A stretch of 63,430 nt of DNA, the filler included. It is 13 parts of 13 records of this genome, joined end to end, with 100 filler letters (N's around TTAATTAATTAA, not from the genome) between each part and the next. Parts side by side here need not be neighbours in the genome. Positions count along the whole stretch, not along the records: positions 7,475 to 12,642 come from SRR7504441_4215; positions 12,743 to 16,151 come from SRR7504441_4218; positions 16,252 to 19,476 come from SRR7504441_4221; positions 19,577 to 25,662 come from SRR7504441_4222; 9 more parts are not named here. The stretch is one strand, 5' to 3'. The translations under genes and the position numbers were made by a program. The notes beneath the pieces are model-generated. The model did not search any database. It had not been told where the DNA came from and saw nothing but the letters and a program-made list of their open reading frames with translations. Shown in pieces: positions 10,004-20,230 of this stretch; the stretch's first letter is position 1, and each line of letters opens with the position of its first letter.

Positions 10004-11572
10004 TCAGTAATGATCCGATCGCAGCGCAGTTGAGACAACAAGAGAAGGGTTGCATGGTGGCGCAGGCCCGTACAGACACTCAGGCCCTTCGCCGGCGATG
10101 AATTCGATCGTCTGGTATCTCAATGCGAGTTCAGGACAGTCAAGAATCTGGACACCACGACTGGAGTACTTCTGGATACGCATGATTAACTTCTCGGCAA
10201 AGGCCACATGATACTTACCGCAATAAAGCGGTTGAGCTCTACCAGGAACAATCTCATCCAGGATCCCATCCAGGAAGATCTCGGGAAGAGTCTCGTGTTT
10301 GCCCAAAGGAGGCAGGCCAACAGAGGCCCAATCAGATTTGCACATGACAGTTTGATCTGCCAAGGAAAACGGTCTGCCCCTCTGACAGAGCTGCGTGTAT
10401 GCCTGGAGGTACCTCGCCACAACTTCGCGCCGCTCTGGAGTCGACGCGGTTGTTCCATTGAACGTGCTGAGAGGAGCCGGTACGGTGAAACTGTGCCCAT
10501 CATAGTGTGACTGGCAGATGACGAGATCAAACGATTTGAGCAGCTCCCGCGCATCAGCGATATGCGGCTTGGCGATGATCAACTGAAACTTGAGACGGGC
10601 TGTGATGCCGGCGAGCTGCCAATCGTAGGGGAACTTCCCGCCTGCAGAGCCACCGGGCTTGCCGACCTTCAAATGAGCCATCCCATTGAGCGCGGCGGCA
10701 TTGCCCCACTCAACAGCCTGGTCGTGGTTATACTCTGCGTAACCCACTGAGTGGCCTTCGGCTGGCCTGAGAGCGTACTGCTCCACATGGTCAATCACCA
10801 TCAAGTGCTCGTGAACATGCGCCCCGAGGTAGTACGTTTCGCAGGCGCCAGCACACACCAGGCCCCAGTTCTCGATGAGGCGCTGCCGCACAAGCGGGGC
10901 ACCGGCCCACGTCACGAAGATATCAACATCGCTTCCCGGCCAGTGGGTGCCCAGCGCTGCCTGCACCGCCATCGATCCCGAGAGCAGCACTTGAGGCCGG
11001 CCTGCCTCGTCTTTCAGGGCCCCATCCGGGAAGAGTCCAGCGAGGTTGATCTTCGGCACAGGCTGATCAAGCTTGTGCTTTGCGGCCGCCTCCGCCCGGA
11101 CTCTTTCGAGGCACCGCTCGAGGTTTTGGTTGAGGATCCGGGCGACGAGCGGCCGCCCCAACCGATGAAACAGCTTGCAGCCGAGCGAGAAATTGTGGAT
11201 GTGGCCCGGGGCACCCGTGAGGAGCAATATGCTCAGAACTGTGTCTTCTCCGAGCCGACCAAGCCCTGCGCAAGAGACGGACTTGAGCACCGCCTCCTCA
11301 TCACGCGGTGCGGCAGGGGGGGCGGATGGATGCAGCTGGTTGAGCTGCTCCTTCTCGTCCTCGCCGCACAGGTCGACTACCACCGCCTTGCGCTTGGAAC
11401 CAGTCACGGCGAGTTGCCCCCGAGGCCCGAGGCTCGACCGGTCCGTGCGCACGGGCTTCTCATCCGCCGGCGGTGCGGGCGAAGGTGTGAACGCGGCCGG
11501 CCTGTCGGGCTGCTCCTGCTCGTCCTCGCTGCTCAGGTCGATCACCTCCAGAGGGCCGCTGCGCTTCGCCAT
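10004..11572 (-). CDS. Protein with SIM-like motifs, a weak F-box-like segment and a nucleotidyltransferase-like domain
   Basis: EVIDLSSEDE and VVVDLCGEDE; LGEDTVLSILLL...FSLGCKLFH; LLSGSMAVQAALGTHWPGSDVDIFV; LLKSFDLVICQSHYDG. Confidence 0.65.
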   Translation of the reverse strand: MAKRSGPLEVIDLSSEDEQEQPDRPAAFTPSPAPPADEKPVRTDRSSLGPRGQLAVTGSKRKAVVVDLCGEDEKEQLNQLHPSAPPAAPRDEEAVLKSVSCAGLGRLGEDTVLSILLLTGAPGHIHNFSLGCKLFHRLGRPLVARILNQNLERCLERVRAEAAAKHKLDQPVPKINLAGLFPDGALKDEAGRPQVLLSGSMAVQAALGTHWPGSDVDIFVTWAGAPLVRQRLIENWGLVCAGACETYYLGAHVHEHLMVIDHVEQYALRPAEGHSVGYAEYNHDQAVEWGNAAALNGMAHLKVGKPGGSAGGKFPYDWQLAGITARLKFQLIIAKPHIADARELLKSFDLVICQSHYDGHSFTVPAPLSTFNGTTASTPERREVVARYLQAYTQLCQRGRPFSLADQTVMCKSDWASVGLPPLGKHETLPEIFLDGILDEIVPGRAQPLYCGKYHVAFAEKLIMRIQKYSSRGVQILDCPELALRYQTIEFIAGEGPECLYGPAPPCNPSLVVSTALRSDHY

Positions 11573-11626
11573 GGCGCCGAAAGCTGAGCCGAGCTGGCCG
11601 TTGGGACTCGACTGTCTGTCGCCCCG

Positions 11627-12627
11627 ATGGCGGGAACAGGATGGGCACTCGGAGGCATGGGCTTGGTCCTCATTGGGGCTGTGGTTGGCCTAGTGGTGAG
11701 CCCCCCCACAAGCGCCCTTGGCCCCTGATGCCCCCCGTTGCCGCGCGGTCTCAGCCGTTGACCATTCTACTAGGTGCTCAGCACGCACGAATACAACCAA
11801 GTGCACACGACCACCGTCGTCGTCAACGAGGAGCCCCAGGACAAGACGCTCTTGACCGTCAGCATGGCCACGACCCCGCCGGCTGGCACTTGCGCCGTGC
11901 CCGGCCAGTCCAAAGTCACCATGCAGGGTACAATCGGCATCCGGAACCACAAGCTGAAGCTGCTCTCGCTCCGCTGCACCAGCAGCGAATGCGTCGAGGT
12001 CGAGCAAGATGGGATCCTCGGGATAGAAATCCACCAGGGCGCCGCCAACGCCAACGGCCCGATCCTGATCGGGTTCTGCGGTCAACACCCGCTGCCCCCG
12101 TTCTCGGGACCTTGCTACACAGTCGGTGGCACTGATGCCACTACCGGTCTTTTTACGGTCCCGTTACCGGGTAATGTGGAGCCCGGTACCGAATACAAGC
12201 TGACGAAATCGGACATCATTGGCCAGGCCTGGTGAGGAGCGGTCAGCCGGCTGGCCTGAGCTGGGGGCTTGCAGCGCGGAGGGGGAACCCTGCGTCCGAT
12301 CAGTCATTACTGGCCAGATTCCTACTGTGCAGGTCAACAGATTCTGGCCAGTATGTGACCGGAGTGTTGCAGGAAGCCATCCAAATGATCTTGGCCAACC
12401 CGAGCGACTATTACCTCAGCATCCACACCAAGGCGTCGTACGATGAATGCAAAAAACTAGGTGAGAGGAACCTGGGTCTGATTCGCGGGCAACTCATACG
12501 GCGACGACGCCCTCAGGGAGGGGGGGGGCACCTAGTGGAATTGGACGTGCTTTCGGTTATCCCAGAGTCGGATGGAATTGGGAGTGCTTTCTGTTGGATT
12601 ATTAGGCGGGCTCCGGGTATTCCATGA
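11627..12627 (+). CDS. CHRD-domain protein with N-terminal hydrophobic anchor, two introns
   Basis: MAGTGWALGGMGLVLIGAVVGLV, then EIHQGAANANGPIL, ILANPSDYYLSIHTKA and GLIRGQL; introns at about 11696-11773 and 12232-12333. Confidence 0.75.
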
Positions 12628-13107
12628 ATACAAATAATATTTNNNNNNNNNNNNNNNNNNNNNNNNNNNNNNNNNNNNNNNNNNNNTTAATTAATTAANN
12701 NNNNNNNNNNNNNNNNNNNNNNNNNNNNNNNNNNNNNNNNNNCCGTCCTTCCCAAGCTGGCGGATCAAAAGCAATGCTACTCTAGCCACCCAGTACATGT
12801 AGCGACGCAGGCAACCACCATGGAGTGATCTTCCGGAACGAGACTTGCGGATTCGATTCATGATTCGATTGCGGATTCGGCACCGACACCTGCACAAGAT
12901 GAAGGAGCACTCCCTGAGGCCCGGGGGTTTGCACGGCCCCTTCTTGATAGAGATGCAAGCAAGCCGGCCCGCCGGGCCCGCCGGCCGGCTAGCCGTAACA
13001 CGAATAACTACCAGTAATATGCGCTCGATTATATAATCATTCTACGCGATTTATTAAAGGTTATCTAGATGATGGCTAAAGCACTATATAGCGCCATGCG
13101 ATATAAT

Positions 13108-13656
13108 TCAAGTGCCCCAATGAGTGATGACGGTGCTTTTGACTAACTTCCATTGGACAAACTCCCCACTCTCCGGATGGAGCGCCACATTCAGACTGAG
13201 CGTGGCGCTCCCGCCCTTCACGCCCCGCCCCCAGCCCCAGACGATCCACAGGTATGTGCGGAACGGCGGGAAATAGCTCCGGGCCTCGGCCTCCGACCGG
13301 CTGGTCAGCTGGTCCAGCCCAGGTACCTCGAGGAACCCCTCGCGGCCTTCGAGCCGTTGACGAAGAAGGTCCAGACCGTTGACGAACAGGCGCACCAGTT
13401 CAGCCCGCTGGTCGTGCTCCAGCGCTGCCCAGATGCCAGCTATCTCGCCACCGCTGCTCTCAGCTGCATCAGGCGGCTGGGCACGCGCACTGTCGTCGCC
13501 CAGCAACCGGCGCATGCGGAGCTCTGCATGCGGGGCATCGCCGAGCAGCGCGCTGGCGAACACCGCCCATGCCTGATTCAGCGCGTCCAGGCTCTCCAGC
13601 CCGCCGTTTGTCCACGTGGTCGTGCTCGGAAGGCCCAGGAGGAAGCCTAGCACCAT
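13108..13656 (-). CDS. Hypothetical protein
   Basis: 182-aa ORF with plausible codon use; divergent from the AAA gene and ends in an AT-rich spacer. Confidence 0.5.
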   Translation of the reverse strand: MVLGFLLGLPSTTTWTNGGLESLDALNQAWAVFASALLGDAPHAELRMRRLLGDDSARAQPPDAAESSGGEIAGIWAALEHDQRAELVRLFVNGLDLLRQRLEGREGFLEVPGLDQLTSRSEAEARSYFPPFRTYLWIVWGWGRGVKGGSATLSLNVALHPESGEFVQWKLVKSTVITHWGT

Positions 13657-13688
13657 GACACTCAGCTGTCAGTTGTTGGAGCCGGAAA

Positions 13689-15945
13689 ATGCCCGCCGGA
13701 GCCCTGGCCGAGTCACGCCGGAGTCCATTGGGCCGGCTGGTGGCGCTGTGGGCTGGCCTGGTCGTTCGGGGGCGGCGTGTGGGACACTTGGCTCCAATGG
13801 GGGCGGTGGCCGTCGGGCCGCAGAAGCCCGGGCTGCGTGTGACCACGATCGCGCTGATGGTGGTGCTGCCGTCGGTGATCGGGGCGGCGCTGGCCTCGAT
13901 GCAGGGCCACCTGCCGCTCTGGGTGGCCTGGGTGGTGAAGAAGGTGTCGGCCCTGCTGCGGGGCAAGCAGTACACCCGAGTGATTGAGTTCAAGACCCGG
14001 TTCAACCAGTGGGGCTACGTGATCTCCGACAAGTGCCCAGCCGGCCGCCGGCCTTTCACTCGGGGGCAGGAACGCCGACCACCGGAACAACATCCTGCAG
14101 AAGGCGGTGAGCCTCAAGCTGGCGCACGACTCCAAGCGGCTCGACTTCGAGTGGGCGCAGGTCGGGCTGAGCGAGATCACGGCCGGGGGGGCAACACAGG
14201 GCGGGTACGAGTCTGACGACGAAGAGATGAAGGGCTCGGTGGCCGGGCAACTGAAGAAGCTGGAGGTGCTGAGTAGCCCGCCGGAGCAGTCCTGGGTCAA
14301 GCTGGGTCCCACACTCGAGTTCATGGACGAGGTGAACGAGAACAAGAAGAAAAAGTCTGGAGAATCCGGCGTCAAGGACAGGAGCCGGACCATCACCAGA
14401 TCGTACCACTTCCGGTCGACCGCGGCCAACGCCGAGCAGGAGGTGGAGAGCTACGTGACCGGGGCGTACGACTGGTGTGCGGGCTGGTTTAGGCCGAGGC
14501 TGAGGGGTCGCAGGTACATGGGCAAGCTCCGAGAGAAGGAAGACACTGGCAAGTACATGTACAACCCGATCCCAAAGTCGGAGGGACACTGGAAGCGGTA
14601 CAAGCTGTCAGGCAACAAGGAATTCGACTGCCTGTTCTTCCCTCAGAAGCAGCGACTGCTCAGTTTTGTTGAGCAGTTCCGGGCTAAAGCAGGCAAGTTC
14701 TCAGTGGAGGGGTACCCGCACAAGCTCGGGCTGCTGCTGTACGGCCCGCCCGGGACCGGCAAGACCAGTCTGATCAAGGCGATGGCGCAGCACACAGACA
14801 GGAACATTGTGAACATCCCTCTTTCTCGGATCAAGACCAACCAGCAGTTGATGGACTATTTCTTCGACCAGTCGTTCAACGTGCCCGGGATGGACGCCCC
14901 GGTCCAGCTCGAGTACAAGGAGACCATCTTCGTGCTCGAGGACGTGGACGCGGCCGGTAAGGTTGTGCACAGACGGGACGGCCCCGAAGGCGACGAGTCT
15001 CTGCTGCTCAAGGACTCGCTCAGGCGGGCCGACAGCAAGATGGACGAGTCGGCCCCCACGCTCACCCGCACAGGATCGGTCTGCGCTCCCGTGACCGAGA
15101 GTCTCTCGGAGAAGAACCAGCACACAGCCAGCGACACGGCCGATGTGACTGCACCGACGCTATCGAGGACCGGTGCAGTTGGCTGTAGGCTCCCGTGAGC
15201 CCTGTGACTAGGTTCGAAGGGAGCAAGTTCGGCCGCGGCATCTGCTGCAGAGGAGAAGGACGAGGAGAAGAAGGATGAAGCAAATGGCGACGCAGGAGCC
15301 AAGGCTGAGGACACTGGGGCCGAGGCTGAGGACGGAGCAGACGCTGAGAACGCCGACGACGATTCTAAAGAAACAGAGGATGGAGGCAAGGGAGGCAAGG
15401 GAGGCAGTGGCGGCAAGGCCACTGGCGCATCCCAAAGTGCCGACGATAAGCTCGACCTCGCGGGGGTGCTCAACGTGCTGGACGGGGTGGTGGACTGCCC
15501 GGACCGGATTGTGATCATGACCACCAACCACCCTGAGACCCTGGACCCCGCGCTCATCCGACCAGGCGACCGGCCGGCGGGTTGGGTGGCCGAGCTGGCG
15601 GACAGGCCGGATCAACCTGAAGATCTATCTTGGATTCCTCGAGGTGCCGGGCTGCGAGCGCGCGCCTGACAAAGTGTGCGCAGCTGCCCGAATCGATCGA
15701 GATGATTGAGCATTACTTTGGGGGCTACGCCGGCCGGATGCTCACCGACTCCGAGAAGGCCGGGATCAGTGCGGCGTGGGAGAAGCTACACACCGGCCGC
15801 GATTGGTTCCATCTGACCCCTGTGAGTCCGGGTCACAGGGCGGCTCGCTGATTAGGTGCGGCAGGCCCAACTCGAGCAGTTCTGTGCAGAGAACGACTCC
15901 GTGGCACAGCTATGCGCAGCTTTTGACCGGCTGGCCAACGAGTGA
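13689..15945 (+). CDS. BCS1-like AAA+ ATPase with N-terminal TM segment, multi-exon
   Basis: Walker [15 protein letters not shown], Walker [50 protein letters not shown]; stop TGA at 15943-15945; start uncertain. Confidence 0.85.
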
Positions 15946-16151
15946 TTGGCTGGACGATCCTGAAGCCGAAAAAGGATTAGTTGTTCAGAGTGCTTCGGAT
16001 TGCACCAAGGTTGTTGGGGTGCTTGAACGAAAGACTGTGAGCGATCTTGTCAACCGTTCGTTTCAAGGGTCCAAAGGCGCAGCACATAGTAAGCAGCTCA
16101 GGAGGCTTTCGCATTGTGGTCTGCAGCATGTATTTTTCCTCCTCGAGGGCG
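15946..16151 (+). pseudogene. ERCC4 (MUS81/XPF-type) nuclease-domain fragment with no visible start codon
   Basis: VLERKTVSDLVNRS...KQLRRLSHCGLQHVFFLLEG fits ERKxxxD...Q..RL...LLEG; runs off the contig end. Confidence 0.55.
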
Positions 16152-16251
16152 NNNNNNNNNNNNNNNNNNNNNNNNNNNNNNNNNNNNNNNNNNNNTTAAT
16201 TAATTAANNNNNNNNNNNNNNNNNNNNNNNNNNNNNNNNNNNNNNNNNNNN

Positions 16252-16617
16252 TCGGCCGGGGGGCTGGCCTCAGCTGACGCGATGGCGAAACTGGCCAGCC
16301 GTATAGCAGACCCAACGAGCGGACTGTTCCAATCGGCCGAGCGGCGGGCTGAAGCGCTCGAGCCGGGGCCGGTGCAGCTGGACCTCGGGATAGGTCTTCG
16401 GGTGGGATTCAGCAAGTGCGGATTTGGTGTTGAGAGGTTTGGGCTGGCGGGATGGTGGGGCTGGGCAGGGCTGAGCGGGTCCACAATTCAATGGAACGAA
16501 CAGCGGCAGATCGGGTTGGGGTTCGTACCGGTCATGTCGAATGGCAGGATCCACAAGCCTTCAGCAGTCCGGCTGATGAGAGCCGTCTCAAGCGTGCTTG
16601 ACCAAATAGAGGACTAA
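16252..16617 (+). CDS. C-terminal part of a beta-lactamase-family serine hydrolase, 5' truncated
   Basis: FSKCGFG...WWGWAGLSGSTIQWNEQRQIGLGFVP resembles the family's C-terminal GWxGxxGS...FxY segment. Confidence 0.5.
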   Translation, partial: SAGGLASADAMAKLASRIADPTSGLFQSAERRAEALEPGPVQLDLGIGLRVGFSKCGFGVERFGLAGWWGWAGLSGSTIQWNEQRQIGLGFVPVMSNGRIHKPSAVRLMRAVSSVLDQIED

Positions 16618-16861
16618 CGGAGGATCAATGATTATGCGAGGCGCAAGGCTTGCAAGACCAAATGGTTTGCGGCTTCGGTCATCCAAAGTAAAGCGCTGTA
16701 GGGAGGCGGGAATGCAAGCGTGATCAAGCCATACTTTGGTCTTTACAACTATAGTAACTGTTACAATCATAATTACGAGTACGTATACTTGTACCGTTCA
16801 AAAGGGCACGGTTCTGGAGTTTAGCGAGGCATTCAGCACCGCCCAGCCTATAGTCAGCTGC

Positions 16862-18418
16862 TTAGTTCTTGACAGTCCGCTTGTACGAGACGGCGGCGTT
16901 GATGGCGAACGACGTCATGACCACTGCCGCCACCCCCCAGTAGTTTCGGATAAACCCATGGAAGTCCTTGGCGGCCAGCAGCCCCCCTCTCTTCTGGGCT
17001 GGCGTTGGGACGTCGTCCAGCATGATCGTGTTGGCGTACAAGCCTTCTATCGTCTCCCGAGTCCTGATTAGTTGCACGACCGGCTTCTGTGCAGTGGAGG
17101 AACTCCGAATGAGAAGCTCAGGAGCCCTGAGCTTGCCATTGTACTGGAAGCCCATCGAGTGGCTGTGGGCGCCGGTGTCGTGCACCACAAACAGGTCGCC
17201 CACGCCGCAGGTGTTGGGCAGCGGCCGATCTTTGGCGAACCAGTCGTTGTTCTCACAGAGTGTCCCGACAACGTTCGATCTCTCGAGATCTCCCGAATCG
17301 CGCCCGGCGACCGTGATGTGGTGATAGGCCTCGTACATGCCCGGGCGCATCAGGTTGGCCATGCAGGCGTCCAGCCCGTAATACTTGTTCCCGAAGGCGT
17401 GCTTGACCACCTCGCACCGTGCGACCAGCCAGCCGTACGGCCCAGTCACGCACCGGCCGCACTCCATCAGCAGCTTGGGCTCCTGCTCGAGCCCGAGCGC
17501 CGAGATCTCCCGGCTGAACACCTCGCGCACACGCTGGGCCAGCTGGGCGTAGTCCACCTTGGGTTTGGTCGGCTCGTACGGCACACCGATCCCGCCTCCG
17601 ATGTTCACAAATTCGAATTCGATCCCGAGCTCGACCCTGAGCTCGCCCATCTTGCGGAGCAGCAGCGTGACCGTCTCGGTCCAGTAGTCGTCCCCGAGCA
17701 CGCACGACCCGGTCATCATGTGGATCCCAAATCGGGTGGCCCCAGCCTGCTGCGCCTGCCTGTACGCCTCGACGATCTGGTCTGCCGGCACCCCGAACTT
17801 TGCATTTGGGCCGCCGAGCACATTGCTCTTAGTCTCGCTGTTGGTGTTGCCCAGGCCCGGGTTGAATCGGAACGAGATGAGCTCGGGGCACTTGCCGCAC
17901 TTGTCGGCTATAGACTTGACCAGCGTGAGGTCGTCCAGGTTTATGATCACTCCCTGCCTGAACGCCTTCTCAAGGTCGGACGGGCTGGTGTAGTTTGAGG
18001 TGTACATCACCTACCCCCGGGCTCGGCTCGCCGCCCGACCGCCGGCCGACCTGGTCAGGGGCCACTCCGAGCTGGTCGGCGATGTGAAGCTCCGAGGTAG
18101 ACGAGCAGTCCAGCCCGCACCCGGCCTCCAGCACCACCTGCCGGCGCTCAGACAGGCGCGGGCCGAGCCTGGACCTGCAGGATGGCTGGATTGGGCAGCG
18201 CCTTGACCGCGAAGAAGTTCTGGAAGCTTGGAAAGTGCACCCGGAAGGCCGAGAGGAACGCGTCCAGGTTGTCGCTGCCGGTCGGTGAGAGGGCCGGCGG
18301 CCCGGGCGGACCGGATGGCCTGCTCGTCGTAGAGCTGGAACGGGGTGCCGTGCTGTGCGGCCAGCGCCTCCAGCTGGTCCTTACTTAGCGGGCACTCCTT
18401 GCCGTCCTGCTGCCACAT
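16862..18418 (-). CDS. lysA: Diaminopimelate decarboxylase with three 5' introns and a hydrophobic C-terminal tail
   Basis: HGTPFQLYDE, FFAVKALPNP (PLP lysine), LDCSS, KFGV, GIHMMTGS, NIGGGIGVPY, ECGR, LMRPGMY, VVGTLCENND, DTGAHSHSMGFQYNG. Confidence 0.93.
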
Positions 18419-19079
18419 GGGTGGGTGCGATCTTGAGGAGGGACCTCGGGTCTCAAGACGTTAACCCAATAAATCGAAAATACAAGGAAAATCAAGGCGC
18501 GACCAAAGGCACAAGGCTCCACAATGCAGCCCCGGGCCTTCGCTGATCTTCAACCGAGTCGTTCCGAAATATATTCAAGATTCTAAATAAAATCAGGCGA
18601 GCGACAACGAGTCGTAAACGAGTCGATAAATCTTACGTTTCGTTCCGAGGACACGCGGCTCCTCGCTGAAACACTCAAGTTCGTCACGCGCCTTGCGCAC
18701 GGTCGGCGTCGGCCGAGCAAGGCGAGCCTGATCACACAAGAGGGCGGGTGCGCCAAGCGACTGTTTCTGGACGGAGCAGGACTCATGCTCAGCGAGCTGG
18801 TCTCTGCAGCCAGGACTGAGCCAACCCTACCTGTGACCGGCGACACCGAGGCAGCCCGCTCAAGAGGTCAGCACTGCGACACTGACTCGCCCAACCCCGC
18901 GGCGTCTCGGCGAGCGTCGAGTAGACATCTGATCAGAGCCAGGTGGCAGTAGATTAATTTAACCAGCCAGTTGGTGTAACAAGAACATGCGGCAGCCATG
19001 CAGCAGCTGCGCGTGGCAGCACGCCATCACTGTCGCGACTCGCATTCAGCCCCAAAGGGCTGGACCGCAAGCCATCGTT

Positions 19080-19476
19080 CTAGTTCTCCTCGGCGGCATC
19101 CTCGCCGGCATCCTCGCCGTCAGCCTTGCGCGGCCTCCTCTGCCGGCCGGTGCCCTTGTTCTGCAGACAGACCGCCCGTAAGCCGGCGGCTTGCGCTCGG
19201 CGACCCACCGTGACGTTGCCGCCGCCCGGGGCCTCCACTGCCACGGCCTTGGTACGCCCGTTCTCGTCCTGCTGGACGTCGTAGATGACCTGAAGCCCCG
19301 AGATGAGGAGCAAGCCGGGCGGCGCGGCGGGACGGATACCTCCTCGCCCTCGACCAGCTTGCGGAAGCCGTCGGATGTGATGCCTGTCTGGTGAACGAAC
19401 AGATCGTCACCGCCGTCCTTGGGGGCGATGAAGCCAAAGCCCTGCGGGGGGGGATGTCAAGCGGGGGGCGGGGGGG
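19080..19476 (-). CDS. Cold-shock domain protein, 5' truncated, with introns
   Basis: [52 protein letters not shown] (RNP1 and RNP2 motifs). Confidence 0.88.
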
Positions 19477-19576
19477 NNNNNNNNNNNNNNNNNNNNNNNN
19501 NNNNNNNNNNNNNNNNNNNNTTAATTAATTAANNNNNNNNNNNNNNNNNNNNNNNNNNNNNNNNNNNNNNNNNNNN

Positions 19577-20108
19577 AGCCGCACCTTGTCGGGCCCTGCA
19601 GCACTCTGCTGCGTCCACCACCATCTCCACCACACCGCTGCCCGCCACACAGCACCTGAACCTTACACGCCGCGCCAGGCTCCAGCGCCTTCAGCTGGAA
19701 CCGACCAGCCTTTCGCGGGACCAGTGGTGTTTCAAGTGTCTAGCTCACGGTGCAGCCGTATCTGGCCGGGTGCACTACAATCCACAGCGCTCCCCCCTCG
19801 CGCACCACCTCCACCTCGAGTTCGCCACCTTGCTCGCCCCTCCGCAGCCCCAGCCTGCACCGGCCCGGGCCCACTGCACGGTACACCCACAGCTCCTCTC
19901 CCGGCCCCGGCCCCCGGCAGTCCGTTGGCTTGGGGGCCACCCCCTGCAGCGCCAGCACCTCCGGCTGCGCCCCGGCGGCCTCCCATTCCCCGTCGGCAGA
20001 CCGCGCCAGTGGCCCCACCACCAGCGCAGCGCCCCGGGACTCCCGCGCCAGCCCAGCCAGCGGCACCGCCCGCGAGGCGGCCGCCCGCCACTCGCTGGCT
20101 CGGAGCAT
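19577..20108 (-). CDS. Hypothetical protein, 5' part only
   Basis: GC-rich ORF 19740-20108 followed by probable short introns up to the contig edge; no recognisable motif. Confidence 0.35.
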
Positions 20109-20230
20109 CGCCCCCCGGAGCAGCCCGCTCGCCGCCTCGGCCGCCGTCGTCGCCTCTGCTGACTTCCGGCTCCATGACGACCATAAAACGTCCGTTGGCC
20201 CCGGCAGCGGTACATGCTGCGGTGCTCGTC

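Noticed and set aside
18560-18952. Stop-free plus-strand stretch between lysA and the cold-shock gene
   Set aside because: No convincing start codon or motif, so a gene call cannot be supported.
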